Part shown: positions 15,027 through 29,553 of the stretch, piece after piece
How the letters are laid out: each line of letters starts with the position of its first letter
Numbering within the stretch: the first letter of the stretch is position 1
Assembly: GCF_003918875.1 (NCBI RefSeq)
Contig: NW_025767046.1
Location: forward strand, 2,232,001 to 2,296,000
DNA from: Haliotis rubra
Lineage: Eukaryota
Direction: 5' to 3'
Length of the DNA stretch: 64,000 bases
The notes under the pieces: model-generated
Databases searched by the model: none
What the model was told of the DNA's origin: nothing
Seen by the model: only the letters and a program-made list of their open reading frames with translations
Translations under genes and position numbers: made by a program

Positions 15027-17196
15027 CTCTGATACAATCAAGGAATCAAGTAAATTCTAAATACACACATCTAAGCCTTTGAAGCCTTGCCTGCAAGCTA
15101 CAACCAGTCTCTCCTGATTTTACACTATTGAGTTTGCCTAGTACTTTTATTTCTATGTGGTTATTCAATATCTTGTCAGTAGTTATTTTCTTTCTTTTTG
15201 CACCACTTCCATCACATTACTCATTCTCTAGAACTGAATTACCGGTATCATACATTGTCCAGTCTGTTTTGTCTCCTTTCTGTAAGTATTAATACCCACT
15301 TGTCATCATAGCTTCTATCACTAACTTACAACATAATTCTCTTCTCACTTATGAGCTTGAAAATAACAACCAATCAAAAGGCTTCTTCTGAATAAAACTT
15401 GACATCAAACCAGACCTGAGTGGCAAATGGGGGATGTGACAGTTAAATGTCTCGGTCAGAATTATTGCATTTATAAAGACACATGTGTTCATGGGTGCCT
15501 GTATAGCATGAATGTCCTGCTCAGACATGGCATACAGTCTCTTAGCCAGCCATACCTTGTTTGTAGCTTTAATGCTTCAGGCAGGGTAACAAAAAAGGTC
15601 CATTTAGTACCATTGTTTGGTTTGACATGGCAACCTGCTCTTTCCACTTGACCACAGAATCCTTTGGAGGTAGTATATAACATTTGATTGCAGGGCATGT
15701 GAGAGAAGATTGTGTTATCTATCTAAGGGTTAAAATGCTGTCTTTCCAATGCCAGGGGTTTATTTGATAATATATGATAAAGATTCAAGTAAGATGTGGT
15801 GTCATTAAGTGTTCATGACACTAATCAAATTATTTAGATTTTATTTAGATTTTCAAAAGGGGAGTATGTACAACTTTCAAATCTGATACTCTCACTAATT
15901 AGGATAGTCATCATGATTTATAGAAATAATGTTTTGACACAATACATCAAAATTTGCAAGGATTCTCTGTCAACCAAAACCTATAGTTACCCATTAAAAA
16001 GTCCTTGAAAGAAAAGACTTGCAATCAGCAAATTCAATTGATCTGAACAAATAATAAACAAAATCTTTTTTTTGTTATTTTTTCCATTATACGGACAGGC
16101 TTATCTCTAAAACAAACTAAAACCATATGGTCTAATGACTATTTTCTGTACAACATTTGTCAAAAATTTCAAAAACATGAAGTCAAATATTATCTTGCTG
16201 TTGTACCAGGGCCTGTATGCATGACTTCTGCATTTAAGCTAACCCCTTGTGTGCACCATGTTTAGCCAGGCCTTCATCAACAAAAAGAACAGCCAGGTTT
16301 TGTAACGTAATGATATCAGGAGCAGATGGAATCACGCCAGGCGGCCATATTGAGCCTCTCTCTGGTGGATCAGCACCTGCACGGGGTTGGAATCAGTTTC
16401 TGTGTATGTGATCAAAATATGGAAGGACTTGAATCATGTCAGATATCATAGGGTGAATGAGTTTTATATTCTGTTGGAGAGGTCTTGGGTTATTTATTTT
16501 ATGTTTTGTATGTTTTTGATAGGATAATATTGCCTGATGTGCTGATATATGTGTAGATGGATATGTTTGATTTGCTTTTTGTGTGTAATATTTGAAGAAA
16601 ATGTTTTTAATAAATATTTCATATTTTCATGACATATTTTCAATAAAGAATTATTTTTGTTGCTTTAATGTTCATTGCACAATAATTAGATAATAACAAA
16701 CAAAATATGAGGAATTACTAATTATCAGTCGTTAATGAATGGCTGGTGTTTGGTGTAGCAGGGGACGGATATTCCACAATTTGTATTTGCACTTTGGGAT
16801 TGGAAATTTTGAAATTGTCTCAATTTTTCAAAATATTTGAATATTTTTCTCAAATTTGAAAAATACAACCTTCAGCTTGATGTTATGGATACCAGGATAC
16901 TGAATTCATATTTAATATGTTGACAAACATTTTTCACCACAACTTGGATTCAGTGTTTTCTTTGCATTCTGCTTACAATGCATTGTATTTGTGGGTGCTA
17001 TATGCAATAAACAAAATGTGATAAACTTTACCATTTCTCCTAATTTGCTGGCATGCATGCATTTCTAATACAGACTATAGCCTTAATCCCAATTGTTCTA
17101 AGGATTAGTATGGTTCACTGATTTTAATACCTAAACAATACCTGCAGGCAAAAAGAGAACACCCAATTTTGTAAGGGAAACCTTCAGTTGTCATCC

Positions 17197-18581
17197 ATTG
17201 AACATGTACCACCACACCATCATGATGTTCCAGAGAGACACCTCTGTGAGAACATTGAACATGTACCACCACAACATCATGATGTTCCAGAGAGACACCT
17301 CTATGAGAACATTGAACATGTACCATCATGACAGAGAGACACTATGAGAACATCATGATGTTCCAGAGAGACACCTCTGTGAGAACATTGAACATGTACC
17401 ACCACAACATCATGATGTTCCAGAGAGACACCTCTGTGAGAACATTGAACATGTACCACCACAACATCATGATGTTCCAGAGAGACACCTCTGTGAGAAC
17501 ATTGAACATGTACCACCACAACATCATGATGTTCCAGAGAGACACCTCTGTGAGAACATTGAACATGTACCACCACAACATCATGATGTTCCAGAGAGAC
17601 ACCTCTGTGAGAACATTGAACATGTACCACCACAACATCATGATGTTCCAGAGAGACACCTCTGTGAGAACATTGAACATGTACCACCACAACATCATGA
17701 TGTTCCAGAGAGACACCTCTGTGAGAACATTGAACATGTACCACGACAACATCATGATGTTCCAGAGACACCTCTGTGAGAACATTGAACATGACACCTC
17801 TATGAGAACATTGAACATGTACCCACGACACCATCATGATGTTCCAGAGAGACACCTCTATGAGAACATTGAACATGTACCATCATGACAGAGACACCAT
17901 CATGATGTTCCATGATGTTCCAGAGAGACACCTCTGTGAGAACATTGAACATGTACCACCACAACATCATGATGTTCCAGAGAGACACCTCTATGAGAAC
18001 ATTGAACATGTACCACCACAACATCATGATGTTCCAGAGAGACACCTCTATGAGAACATTGAACATGTACCACCACAACATCATGATGTTCCAGAGAGAC
18101 ACCTCTATGAGAACATTGAACATGTACCACCACAACATCATGATGTTCCAGAGAGACACCTCTGTGAGAACATTGAACATGTACCACCACAACATCATGA
18201 TGTTCCAGAGAGACACCTCTATGAGAACATTGAACATGTACCACCACAACATCATGATGTTCCAGAGAGACACCTCTATGAGAACATTGAACATGTACCA
18301 CCACAACATCATGATGTTCCAGAGAGACACCTCTATGAGAACATTGAACATGTACCACCACAACATCATGATGTTCCAGAGAGACACCTCTATGAGAACA
18401 TTGAACATGTACCACCACAACATCATGATGTTCCAGAGAGACACCTCTATGAGAACATTGAACATGTACCACCACACCATCATGATGTTCCAGAGAGACA
18501 CCTCTGTGAGAACATTGAACATGTACCACCACAACATCATGATGTTCCAGAGAGACACCTCTATGAGAACATTGAACATGT
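17197..18581. repeat. 57-bp minisatellite, ~24 copies
   Basis: Unit ATTGAACATGTACCACCACAACATCATGATGTTCCAGAGAGACACCTCT(G/A)TGAGAAC; explains all the 19-aa periodic ORFs on both strands. Confidence 0.98.
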
Positions 18582-19849
18582 AGCGACTACGATAAAATCG
18601 TAGAGGTTGGCATCTCTGCTTTCACCCTGTAACCATGTAGGGAATAGAACCTGGATCTCCAGTGCTATGAATGACACTATAACCATTAGACTACCCTGTT
18701 GGTATTATACGTCAAGCAGCACATAAGATCCATTACTTTTTAAACATTTCTGATAAAACATATTCACCATGTCTATTTTTTATTCTCTTTTATAATTTAT
18801 ACCATATTAATGGAAAATAACCCAACGGAAACCTGCATGAAAATTCACTGTAAGACACTTCCATTCTGTCTCTGCTACTGTCAAACTCTCCTCATGGTTC
18901 CCCGACCAGTCTGTTAACACCATTTATAGGGGTTCTGCATGATCTACAGACAGCACAACATGCAGCATTCAGTTTAATTCAGTTCTGAAGACAATAAAAA
19001 GCTCATAGATTTTTGCAGCCTTACTGAAAAAACATGTTACAGCTGTAGAATGTGCTGAGCGTACGGTAATTGACCCGTACGTGCTATGTGAAAGTGCAGA
19101 AGGCTTGCATCAAAGAAAAAAAACAGCGAAAAAATGGATGAAAAACAACCAAGCATATGTGCTCTTATCGTGTATTAGGTTTCGGTCTGTCACAGCATTA
19201 AGCCTTTTGAAACAAACTGACACAAGCTGCAATAAAAACTTTGTTGGATAAGGAGCGTCTGATGATGTTTTTATATTTCATACAAATTTTCTAGATGCAT
19301 GGTAATGAATATTATCTAAGATTTATTTTCAACATGTTTTTGAAATTAAGATTAAAATGAGCAAAAAGGAAACAATGCATGCTTTCATATGGAAGATACA
19401 CTTTCAACATGTAGAATAGATCGTACTAACAATCTTGTGAAAGATCACGATTCTATATATTTTCATTTGATGTATTACATGAATCATAGCTCTAAAAGGG
19501 ACATATTTTATGCTGTTATAATAAAAAATATTTTGCTAACAAAGTAAAGCCACACATATAAAAATACATATTCATTTATGACGGTATAGGATATTTTTAT
19601 TTGTTTATTCAACATCAGTTATCTCCCTGTATCTCATTGATGAACATAACAATTCCTTACTTCATATATGTGTGTACACAGAATTCATCAGAGCGATGCT
19701 ACTCCCAACAAAGGTTGTAACGCAAGACGACTGCAAGGAAACCCTGCTCAGGAAGGCTGGTTCCTGGTTGTATTTGCCTTGCATCACCTTTGCTACATGA
19801 AGACATCAGTTCTTAATTTGTCAGCCATTTTTAACCTGTGTGTATGACA

Positions 19850-21120
19850 GATCTTCTACCAAATGCAGGTCACAGGTTTTACATATAGATTCTGTATGAG
19901 GCATATTTAACAATGACCTTTTATGGATAATGTTGACTCGAAAGTTGTGAATATTTGAAATTTACACATTGCTCTAACTAATTGTTTGTCTCAGAGTACA
20001 GTTATATATAATTCAAGTTGCTAAAGAGATTATATATTATTATATTATATTATTGCACTAAAAAAGCAGACGATTCTAAACTGTGATACCATTTTTGAAA
20101 ATAAATATATCTTAGATATGTCTTCTAAATGCAGTTAAAAACATGTTCTTATCAACAACATCTTGGTATATGAACACATATACAAAACTGCTATTAAATA
20201 ATATTTTTCTCACATAAGATTCCCAATTGACCTTACCATTCTCATTTAAAACTTTAAGTATAACATAACTTTGGAAGGGGTATCGAATTTCATTCACTCA
20301 CAAAAGCTTAATCCAGTACTTAATTACCCGTTTTTGCGTCTTTTTAAACACACAGTGGAATCCAGTTTCACCCAGAATACCTTGGTTTGCTGCGAGATTA
20401 CCCACACCTAGAAAACCTTTAAAATAGCATGCTTGTATCTTTTCAATTGTGTCATGATATTTAGTACCCCATATATCCGACTCATACATTAATACTGGAG
20501 CGATTTTACTATCACATATGTTGTAAGCAGTTGAGAAATCTATTAAACTATTATTTTTGAACAAATGAAAGACTGGTCCCATGTCCTTACGTGCTTTCAT
20601 GGCGAGGGTTTGACATGCTTTAGACCATATTAACCGTGAGGTAAACACAATTCCAAGATATTTATAGTAAGTTACCGACTTTATCTTCACATTATCCAGT
20701 GTCCATGATTCATACTGAAATATTATTCCTTCATTTCTAAAGACAGTAACGTTTGTTTTATCACGATTTACACGCAATCCCCATTTCGAACAATATGTAT
20801 TTAAAACATCTAGCTGTCCCTGCAAGCCCCGAACAGTATACGATTAAAGCACAATGTTATTGGCAAATGAAGGTAACATCTGATCTTCTATATTTTGGGT
20901 AACAAATACACCATGGTCACAGGCAGCATACATTTCTAGCACAGGCTCATTAATAAAGAGTATAGACAGGACAGGGCTCAAAACGTACCCTTGTCATACC
21001 CCACTAGAGGTGTGGAATGCAGCAACTAATCCTTACACCTGCCTTTTACAGATCCATACATATACATTTTTACAGATTGTACATTTTACCATGACATCCT
21101 TTTTGTATTAAATAAGAAGA
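19850..21120 (-). mobile_element. Degenerate non-LTR retrotransposon, RT C-terminal half and downstream
   Basis: ORFs 20298-20825 (YCSKWGLRVNRDKT...YKYLGIVF...KIAPVLMYESDIWG...ILGETG) and 20112-20297; upstream remnants resemble the QG..LSP.L and F(A/G)NN motifs. Confidence 0.88.
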
Positions 21121-21226
21121 GTAAACAAGGTAAAAAATATTTATTTTAAAACATAGTTTTGAGAATTCAGGCGGTATGCCATCCTCTCCTGGGGCTTTTC
21201 CAGGATTCTGCAATTAATAGTGTCCT

Positions 21227-21346
21227 GGGTCCTGTTTCACAAAGCTCTCGTAAGCCTAAGATCTCGTAACTTTTCTCGTACTTTCTATAGTGTAACATTG
21301 ACTTACGATAGTCGTAGTGCTACGAGAGCTTTCTGAAACGGGGCCC
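21227..21346. mobile_element. Small palindromic MITE, possibly PIF/Harbinger-like
   Basis: Ends GGGTCCTGTTTCACAAAGCTCTCGTA and TACGAGAGCTTTCTGAAACGGGGCCC; CTG adjoins both ends. Superfamily is inferred. Confidence 0.7.
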
Positions 21347-21633
21347 TGGATTTCTTTCTCAGTAATGCGACTAGATAACAGTTTGTCAGTAAATGGGAAT
21401 TTGTTACAATCACGACATGAATGGCTTTCGATAAAATCTAAAACTGAATAACCAAACAACAAATGATCAGTTCGTTGATTCGGGTTTAACAAATCTTGAA
21501 ATAGGCATACCACACTTCTGGGGTAATACATGATTTGCTTTTATCACTATAAAGAGGACATTTTAAATTAGTGCTTTCCCCAACTGTTTGCAGTGATTGA
21601 TATTATGAGCAATGATTGACACTATCAGTGTTT

Positions 21634-21905
21634 GAGTGAGTGAGTGAGTTTAGTTTTTACGACGCACTCAGCAAAAATTCAGCTGTATGGCGGCGGTGTG
21701 TAAATAATCGAGTCTGGACCAGACAATCCAGTGATCAACAGCATGAGCATCGTACTGCGCAATTGGGAACCGATGACATGTGTCAACCATGTCAGCGAGC
21801 CTGACCACCCGATCCCATTAGTCGCCTCTTTACGACAAGCATAGTCGCCTTTTGTGGCAAGCATGGGTTGCTGAAGACCTATTCTACCCTGGATCTTCAC
21901 GGGTC
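21634..21905 (-). mobile_element. SINE-like family A (non-tRNA structured head, shared (CACT)n tail), full-length copy with 14-bp TSD
   Basis: TSD CTATCAGTGTTTGA on both sides. Other full or partial copies at approx 4108-4366, 8230-8410, 25304-25539, 26531-27339, 27893-28038, 37296-37457, 40027-40610, 52010-52235, 52805-52951, 56074-56303, 56610-56795, 61594-61815, 63313-63550. Confidence 0.9.
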
Positions 21906-24900
21906 CTATCAGTGTTTGATAACAAGACTACAACAAAGATTGATGAGCTGAGATTGACAACCCGATCGATTGAGTTATGTCTTATGACAGTCATATATTG
22001 TTGGTGACCTAGTCTAACTCAGAATCCAAACAAGGTGTTCCAGTCATGGTGTTTCTCAGTATACAGTATACAGTTTGTATACATTGGTTTATGTCATTCA
22101 CAGGTCATTATGGGCATGTGTTGCTTACTGGTCTGAGGTGCTTCTTCTTGCAGAGTTGCTTCCCATAGCAATGCCAGGATCCCCTTGTCTGAGTTTGAAG
22201 CCTAGATGTTCCCAGTTTATGATCCTTGAGATATCAGCACAGACCTGTTCTAGTTTTTTCTCCAGAGAAATATATATCTTGGATATATACAAGTGCAGAT
22301 GCAGCAATTTGGAAAAAGAGTTGTACTTTTTGCACAGGTACATTTGGCAATTTATGATAAAAAATTCTTGAATAAATAACATTGAAAAATATTACTAAAT
22401 GAGAGTTGTAATAAATCTACTTTCAGTACAATGGAATACAAATATATTTCCAAATGCATTTAAATATATAAGTGTTTGTTATGATTAAGAAAAATGGCCA
22501 TGGTGCATTTATAAACTGGCTTATTACTGAAACACTGTTCAAAAAGATGATCCACCACCTTCTGCCACTCTCTTCCACCACCAAATCAGTAAAATAAACT
22601 GAGATATTACAAAAGTACTTTAGCCCACTGAAGCATGTTATCATCTGTACAAAGCACTGTTGTTCCTCCAAAGCTTTCCCGAGGGCCACAAAAAATGGAC
22701 AACATGTAACATTGATAGTGTGGTGTCAGAACTAATGCTGGGCTAATGCCGTTCAGCACAGACTCTGGTGATAACTTCAGGAAATGCTCCTCAACTGTGG
22801 CTCAGACTGGTGCAAAAAGATGTGGAACTATATCTCTGTGCTTCCTTGTTGCACCTCAGAGGCAGTTTCATTGAAGGATATCTGACTCCCTGCCATTGTA
22901 ACTGGGAAGTGGGCAGGGTAGTCTGTCTCACAGTCCCTGAACCACATTATTTTTCCTACTGCCAAGCCCTCTCTGCAGTGCTAAAGCCCTAAATAAAGCA
23001 AGTCTAGATTTCCTCAGGTTCTGAACCTCTGGTCTCACTGGGGCTCCTTTTCAATTTATATGGGCTTGTTTGTTATTATCAAAATTATATATATTCAGAG
23101 ACTAAGCATTAGTCTATGGGCAGGGGAGTGGTGCTCTATATACTGTATTGTCAACTGTGATATTTTGGTACTGCTGCTGGTGTTCAGTGTGCTGATGGTG
23201 CTATGTTCTATGTGTCAGAGGTACTTCATGGTCTTGTGAGCCTGTGGTACCTGGTAGTTCAGTGTGTGAGTGGTACTTTGTGGTTTACTGAGTCAATGGT
23301 AGATAGTTGTTCAGTGTGTCTGTGGTATATACTCATGGAAACGAATAAGGGAAAAAACCATGAAAGTACAAGTGTTCCTTTATTTATTTCCAGATTTTCA
23401 CCCACAGTGCAATATAAACCATGCTGTCCTTGCCGAAATGTAAAAGAACCTCATCTGTGGCTTGCTTAAAACCTTTCTATTTCCACATACTGAGACAGCA
23501 TTTGAACACCATTCCATTTCAACAGGAGTGAGTGAGTGAGTTAATATTTAACGTCACATTATTTCAACAGGAAGTAATCTAACATACTGTATAAGTATTC
23601 CTATGGTGCAACACTAATTTACATTAGTGAGTGAGTGAGTGAGTGAGGTTTTATGCCGCTTTTAGCAATATTCCTTCAATATCATGGCGGGGAACACCAG
23701 AAATGGGCTTCACACATTGTAGCAATGTAGGGAATCAAACTCGTGTTTTCAGCATGATGAGCGAACGCTTTAACCACTAGGCTACCCCACAGCCCCTTTT
23801 GAGAAGTACAAGTACGAATATGGTGCTGCAAAACCTAGAAACATAATCAGGGCAATACCTAAAATCCAAATCCACCATAGCTGTCTGGTATGCTCAAGTC
23901 ATGCAACTCTGAACAGCAAATTGCAACATCACAAATGACTGGGTCAATGTGCCCTTTCTGAAAACTAACAATAGCTTGGATGGCAAGGTCTTTGTTTACA
24001 CTTTTTTTTAAGTGCAGCAATTTGCTCCTATTGGCATGAGTAACATAATCTACGAAAATACTACTTTCCAAACAACTGATTGTCATGAAAAGCCATAAAT
24101 GGTGTTTGTCTTTACATACATCAATTTTTAGAATGTCACGTCAAAAATAGAAAAATAATAAAAAGTTAAAACACAAGTTTCGAAGTTTGCAATTTATTTA
24201 CATCATTAAAGCTTTTAAGCTTGAACCCCGACCATATTTACCCAAAGATGCATACACATGACAGCCTTATCGTGCAGCAACACCTGACAAGTCGGTTACG
24301 TTTCCCTATCATCACCATGTTTCCATGAATGCAAGGTGCCTCCCATTCCGAGATAACGCTATTTCCTCCGAGACCCATCCCTTGTCTACACATGCACAGA
24401 ACCTCTCCTCATCACCCTCTCCTTAGATAATACAGTTAGAATATACAGAGGCAGAAGAATCAGAGAATTTATGTCAAATTTAACATACGAGACCAGCCAG
24501 CACCCTGTCCTCGTCATCATTCTAGTAAACAGGTTTTATCCCAGTGGCTGGTTTTAGGGAGATTGGAGGAGGATTTAGTAGTAAAAGCCTTCAGCAGGTA
24601 GCTAGTTTGTGGAAAGGAAACATGACCTTTTGTATTAGGCTAGAAGCGGGCTTGTAAAGCATTCATTCATGAGCTTATCACTGTTGTTGCAGAGGGGACC
24701 CAACAGGAAAGAAGTGTTGCATTTATCACGGTGTTATTGAATTACCAGGAGCAATCTGGCCGTGTAAGTCATATTGGAAGTCTTGCGATTTATTTTTGTT
24801 CCATCATGTCTTATCAGCACACAGTTGTTACGAGGGGTTTTTGAAGACATAAATTCCACTGCTGGAAAAACTGGATGTAATTTATGTTTCGTTTTTATCT

Positions 24901-26708
24901 GCTTTTTCATCACGAGGCAAATATTACTTGGCTTCCAAGTTGTTCAGGACAAGGAATGGGGCTCTTTTTAGCCCACAAAATATACAGTATTTGAGAAATT
25001 GTTGTGAAGTTTTGACATCACATGAAAGTTTTTAATTTGAACATTTACTATTTGGGGCTTATAACAACACTTTATCTGCTGGTTAGGTAGGATAAGGTAA
25101 AACAAAGTTGATTTGAGTGACTTTAAGAATACTTTGTTGTTCTAATGGAACAAGGGCAAGTTTTAGAGAAAAGCTGATTTTATTATGAGATGTAGATACA
25201 AACATATGGTAAGAAAATAAGTCACAAACTTGTTCAAAGATGTTCTGTTTGGGCTATCATTGTGTTCAGAATTAAAAGTCCAAACTTTGCATATGTTGGA
25301 ACGAGAGAGTGAATTTTACGCCGCACCCAGCAATATTCCAGCCATATGGTGGCGGTCTGTAAATAATCAAGTCTTGACCAGACAATACAGTGATCAACAG
25401 CATGAGCATCGATCTGCGTAATTGGGAACCGATGACTTGTGTCAACCAAGCCAGTGAGCCTGACCACCCGATCCCGTTAGTCGCCTCTTACGATAAGCAT
25501 GGGTTACTGAAGGTTCATTCTAACCCGGACCTTCACGGGTTATGTTGGAAAGAAACAAAGAATGTCTCATATGTTTCTTGTATCATGTATCTTGCTATGC
25601 TTAATATCTTTAAAAGCTCTGAGCTTTATTGCATGGTGTCCCAGCATCCGTAACCTACCTACCACATACAAGCAGACGGTCAAAATCCATCAATTACATA
25701 TTATGAATAGATTTAAACATTATTTTTCAAGTGGGATATTAGTATTCTATTTGTCCAACATTTAAAATATAAATCCCAAGATTTGACCAGTATGGAAGCC
25801 TCTAAGACCCTAGTTAAAATGACACATGCAAAAATACATCTTTACTTGAGACATACGTATTTCAACAGTATATTAAGATATGAGAAATATATCATCGTCC
25901 ATCAGATATTTTTGTCCAATGCTGAGTTTACATCTCTCCCTATGATGACAATGGCAAATTTCCTAGCCACCACTATCAATAGTTTTTCAACAATAAAAAG
26001 GTCACCCTGAAAATGGGACTTTGGCCTCACTGAACTGAGTGAATGTATTCACCATCTGTCAAGCTGGTAATACACTTTGACATCAATAAAACATACAATC
26101 ATATTCCAATAAAAAACATAGATGTTAATTTTTGGAATGCTATCTCTCTCATCTTGGTGACATTTCTTTCCTGTTTGTTAAGCCACGGGTGGGCAGTGAA
26201 GGGAGTTAGATTTGACTTTAATGGCAATAATATGATCCACTACAGAAAAACTGTCATAGTTTACAATCCATTCCAGTGTGGGTGGGTGGATTCTGTCAGA
26301 TGTATTTTACTTTGTGTTGAGTGTTAGTTATACCATGGCTTGTCAGCTTCATGTGAAAGAAAGTCCAAAGTAACGCAGTTCTCAGATGATCACCACTTTG
26401 GTGAAACCCATATGCTTAGGTACAGTGGTAACAAACCAAGAAACGTAATTGTTGCAAACTGGGATTCAAACCCACAACCATAGGGTTCTGAACACCATGG
26501 AACCCATCTCTTAGACTACCCATCTATACTTGGTTGATTGTTGTTTAACGCTGCACTCAGCAATATTCCAGCTATATGATGGTGGTCTGTAAATAATCGA
26601 GTCTGGACCAGACAATCCAGTGATCAAAAGCATGAGCATCTATCTATGCAACTGGGATATGTTGACATGTGTCAACCAAGTCAGCGAGCCTGACCACCCG
26701 ATCCCGTC

Positions 26709-27273
26709 AATACGATTCATCAATACGCATCCATGTATCGATCCATGGGCTGCCGATACAGTGATTCGATACAAATTTTTACATTGTCGTACATCCTGAT
26801 ACAATACTACAAATGGGCCACAATACATCAATGTTTAACTTTTAAATATTGCCAAATCGCGATATCTGTCAAGATATACTGTTTTTAAAATCATCACAAA
26901 CTTCATTCTATTGTGACTGCACTGACTGCATCCAGCAACATGCAGATATTAAAGATGTTTTTAATCCATGTTTTCTGTTTATAACAGTATTATACCTTAT
27001 TTATTTTGTACTTGTTTTTAAAAAAGTCCCTAATGTGTCTATTTCTCAAATTAATGTTTCTTTCATATAAACATTATTTTTGTTTTGATCTTAGGTGTTT
27101 TATAGTTGGTGTTAGAATGAAAGATTTTAGTATCGTGATACGTATCATATCGCCAACCTTATATCGGGATTCGTATCGTATTTAGTGCACAATACTTTGG
27201 CAATATATCGTCATGACTAAATATTTGTTTGGTGATGTATCGTATCGCAGGTTGTATGCCAATACCAGCACTG
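26709..27273. mobile_element. hAT-like MITE (CGATAC subterminal repeats) nested in a family A SINE
   Basis: The SINE A sequence stops at GATCCCGT (~26708) and resumes at CCGTTAGTC (~27275). Related sequence occurs at ~30290-30438. Confidence 0.65.
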
Positions 27274-29553
27274 ACCGTTAGTCACTCTTATGACAAGCAT
27301 GAGTTACTGAAGATCAATTCTAACCCATATCTTTACGGGTTTGACATAATCAAAACAATCCAGAACAGATAATGAATTAAATCAAAGATTGTGTGGGACA
27401 AAAAGTATCAATACACAGTGGATTTATTTCAAATATTTCTAGACAATGCGGTTTACCAATGTTGTTCAGCCACACAGACTGCAGCACACACTATCATCCA
27501 TCCATTCAACAATGATAAAGGCTTACAATGGGTGTCATTACGTTCTTCACATAATATTAGCCTTTGAACCAGTTTCGATAAATCCCTGTGCATGGAATAA
27601 CATGAGTGACAAAAGGTACAAATAATGCATTAGATTCCTTTTAAATAGTGCAAACATTTCGACTCTTGAGTCAAGCTTGCACCTTGTCACCCATCCAGCT
27701 CCTCTCCTTGACCAACACTGTGACCTATACCCTGTACACAGGACCTTGTCCCATCAACAATAACAATCTGCCCCAGAACTCCCACAGTTGATTCAAGATT
27801 ATGCATGGTATTAACATTTTCCTCTACTGAGACCTTTTATCAAAAATGGGGAAAAAATAAAATGCCCTCAAACATTTGTGGCCTGGCTTCCTTCACATGT
27901 CATCGTATCCCAATTGCATAGATTTTTATGCTCATGTTGTTGATCACTGGATTGTCTGGTCCAGACTTGATAATTTACAGACTACTGCCATACAGCTGGA
28001 ATATTGCTGAGAGCAACGTTAAACAACAAACCAACCAAATCCTTCAGTGGCATGGAAACCAACAAGGATGCAACAGTTGTCTCCCTTGTCTACTCAAACA
28101 GCATTTACACTTGCCACAGACACTAAGGACAAAAGCTATTCATTTCCCACAATATTCAATAAACAACACTTGATGTCATTCTGTTAATTCATTTATTTTC
28201 TTAAAACAAAATAAAAAAATAAAAGAAACACATACATTTCGACCTCTGGGAGGAAGATAGGATTGCATTCTACCCTATCATCTTTTAAAAAGTCAGTCAG
28301 TGAGTGAAGGAGTTTAGTTTTATACCGCTTTTAGTAATAATCCAGCGGGGGACACCAGAAATGGGCTTCACACAGTGTACCCATGTGGAGAATCGAACTT
28401 GGCATTATGAGCAAACGCTTAAACCACCAGACTAGCCCACTGCCCCTGCTCCTGCATGAAAAATAACATATTGTCTGAACTGGTTACCGTCCCACTTTAG
28501 GCAGATAAACAGAGCTGGGGCTTGGCTCAGTTGATGATAAATTGCTTTCCAGTTAATAAAACCAACATTCACTTCTATCTGTGTGCATCATTACAATTAT
28601 TACAATAACCATCACTTTTTTTCAGGCACTACACCAAATTCATAAATACATTTATGCTTATTGATATATGAATCTTTGATTTTGAATGATTGACATGATT
28701 AACAGATCCATATGTGTAAAATATTGCTAAATGATTGAGTAATTTAATAAACTTCCAATGGCTCCATCCTGAACATGACCTAGCTGATTGTAGTTCCCCA
28801 TATTCTCTGATGTGATCGATTGATATTTTGTTAACTATTACTCATCCCAAAGGCCTGCCCTAGTAGTGTTGATGGCTGAAGTTGCAATAACAATCCATTT
28901 CCAGAAAATTTCTTTCTTATCATTTATTCAACCTCTGAACTTTTCTGGACAAAAGAAATCTGGGACTGATAAGATTAGTTATCTCACTTCCTAAAATTTC
29001 ATGAACAGTAAGTCCTTCAGTCACTGCTCATACAGTCATCAGAGTCACTCTTCCAAGTCAGTTCCTCATCATTCTGTTTTCCAGCTGAAGTCTCAAAAAT
29101 TGACTTGCACCTGGTGCAAGTTAGACTAATAACTAGGTTGCGTTTTGTAATATTGGATTGCACCAGTGCAAGTAACAAAGCACTAAATTGAGCCCTGAAA
29201 AATGCTTGTAGGGACGGTGAGACTTGTTTCTTTGGTATATGTATCTTGTGGTCCTTTTAACTTGAACTTTCTGCACCATGGCTGAGACAAGGTCAGCTAA
29301 ATCCTGATGGGTGGATATGTCATGCTATGTCCCTTTGAGTCAGTGTCCTAGAATGTGACTTCATCTACAGTGCTATAAGTCTTGGATTTACACTGACAAA
29401 CACAATTAATAACTGTCAAATTAATCATCCCTTGATGGAGTGGTATGTGCCCTGTGTTCATGATTGACTTCTCAAAGTCATCTACCCATCACACTCCTTG
29501 TGACTGGGCTGGACATCCTTACATGGTATCTCATCACTGATTGGCTGTTTGTG

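Noticed and set aside
17105-18603. Long His/Met-rich ORFs as a protein-coding gene, or the array as CRISPR
   Set aside because: They are translations of a 57-bp tandem repeat, open on both strands, with no unique spacers; the DNA is eukaryotic.
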